The translations under genes were made by a program, and so were the position numbers. DNA of 64,000 bases from Utricularia gibba. Its lineage: Eukaryota > Plantae > Magnoliophyta. The notes below the pieces were generated by a model. That model was not told the origin of the DNA. It was given only the letters and a program-made list of their open reading frames with translations, and did not search any database. Location of the stretch: NCBI GenBank assembly GCA_002189035.1, contig NEEC01000027.1, positions 124,001-188,000 on the forward strand. Reading direction: 5' to 3'. Shown one piece after another: positions 62,755 to 64,000 of this stretch. The number at the start of each line of letters is the position of its first letter. Position 1 is the stretch's first letter.

Positions 62755-62964
62755 TTTAATTCCAAATGCAAAAGCAACAAGGTTTTCTCAAGTAAACAGA
62801 GCTTCTTCTGTAAGATGCTGTTGAGAAGGTCTTATAAAGTGGAATGGGCTTGATACACCATGCCAGTTTCCATTGTAGCTTTACTGAAATTTGGATTCTG
62901 TAAGTATATGTAATACCTGACTTTTTGCTCTCCGTGGCAAAGGCTTTGTTTCAGTATACAGATC

Positions 62965-64000
62965 TCAGAGCATGCAGTCAGCACGTGATGGCAAACGTCG
63001 AAAGAAACTGGTGTGTGGAGAAGGCATCTTACTTCTGAACCGAGGGTGTCTGAGAACGACGAATCCTGCAGTCAGCGCCATAATCTTGAAGGGAGTTATG
63101 TAGAGCGCTGCCGCCGAAAAAATGCAGAAAACCATGAAAATAGTGGTTGCCCTTGGATCCCTCCATTCCAAAAGTGCTACAAATCTTTCTCCCTGCGTGG
63201 CTATATCTCCCAAAACAGTTTGTATCCTCCCTGCCACGCTCCTCAGTCTGTCATACCTCAACCGAAGGATATTAGGAGGCTTAGACGTTGGGAAAGTGTC
63301 GAATTCCTCATCCAGTTCATCTGCTACAGCTCCATCTGCCCAAGACATCTTGGTGTCCATATGGGGAGGATGCCGTGGTCTCGTCCTGAAATTCCATATT
63401 CCCACCACAAACATGTACAGAAATGCTGTTGGAAGGATCAGCTCCGGGTAGAAGATGAGTATGGAAAATAGGACGTGTACTAAGACGGTGGTTATGGGAT
63501 TCTTCCACTCACATACTTTTCCAAGCCATTTGGTGATGGAGATGACACCTGAAAAGAGTGAGACAATTCGAAAAAAGTTAGCTTTGCTCCTTCTCATGCT
63601 CCACATATGTGAATCAACATCCAGCATGTACTCCACAACTTCCTTCTTCAGGGGTGGCTCAGCTCTTTCCAATCTCGAGGCGACAATGCTCATTGCTTGA
63701 TGTCTCAAGCTTTCTAACTGATTCACGGTGAAGGGATGCAGGTAGTGCATTTTTGGCAGCAATGGCCTTACGTATAGATACATCAAGTGGCCGAAAGAGA
63801 AGCACGTAAAGCGAAAAGCCAGGTGGAGTTCGCCAGTTTTCTTCAGTCCAGAGGCTTGTAGGGAGATCAGTGGATAAGAATGTGTGTATATCCTATCAGT
63901 TTCGAGAGTCGAAAGGCGAATCCTTACCTTTCCTATCCTTGAATCCTTGGTGGGTTCACTTGCTCCCAAATGGCAATTGTCGAAGACTCCCAATGTGATC
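62965..64000 (-). CDS. FTIP1: MCTP C2/phosphoribosyltransferase-C protein, FTIP1-like; 5' part lies beyond the window
   Basis: Uninterrupted ORF with LLPKMHYLHPF, WSMRRSKANFFRI, DELDEEFDTFPT, RYDRLRSVAGRIQ and WRDPRAT, ending RADCML*. Confidence 0.92.
   Translation of the reverse strand, partial: ITLGVFDNCHLGASEPTKDSRIGKVRIRLSTLETDRIYTHSYPLISLQASGLKKTGELHLAFRFTCFSFGHLMYLYVRPLLPKMHYLHPFTVNQLESLRHQAMSIVASRLERAEPPLKKEVVEYMLDVDSHMWSMRRSKANFFRIVSLFSGVISITKWLGKVCEWKNPITTVLVHVLFSILIFYPELILPTAFLYMFVVGIWNFRTRPRHPPHMDTKMSWADGAVADELDEEFDTFPTSKPPNILRLRYDRLRSVAGRIQTVLGDIATQGERFVALLEWRDPRATTIFMVFCIFSAAALYITPFKIMALTAGFVVLRHPRFRSKMPSPHTSFFRRLPSRADCML

Noticed and set aside
1-64000. tRNA, rRNA, CRISPR array, LTR/TIR element
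   Set aside because: No T-loop within a cloverleaf, no rRNA signature, no repeat-spacer array, and no transposase or RT motif seen by eye. Short MITEs could have been missed.

Overview
Nuclear DNA from a flowering plant (eudicot-like) with a very compact, gene-dense genome. I can support 23 protein-coding loci, one U5 snRNA gene and one clearly decayed pseudogene (chloroplast FBPase). Most introns are about 65-200 nt, several divergent gene pairs are only about 300 bp apart, and I recognised no transposon. Order: PYL(-), KGD4/MRPS36(+), HIZ2/FLACC-like(-), PH-like(+), unresolved coding relics at 10.2-11.9 kb, U5 snRNA(+), At4g24090-like(+), orphan RRM-like locus(+), RCC1(+), laccase(+), cpFBPase pseudogene(+), mRNA capping enzyme(+), SQD2(-), SCAR(+), group I WRKY(+), PRA1(+), GILT(+), SPC24(-), profilin(+), LRR(+), NAC075(-), SCO1/HCC1(-), DUF688(+), PBL8(+), NDUFA1(-), 2OG-Fe(II) dioxygenase(+), FTIP1-like MCTP(-, partial). 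Two distinct lesion types occur. (1) Isolated 1-bp losses in G/C runs in at least 7 otherwise intact genes, most likely assembly error. (2) Real decay (nonsense codons plus many multi-codon deletions) of the Calvin-cycle FBPase. Family assignments come from recalled motifs; no database search was run. The compactness resembles Lentibulariaceae-type genomes, but that is inference only.
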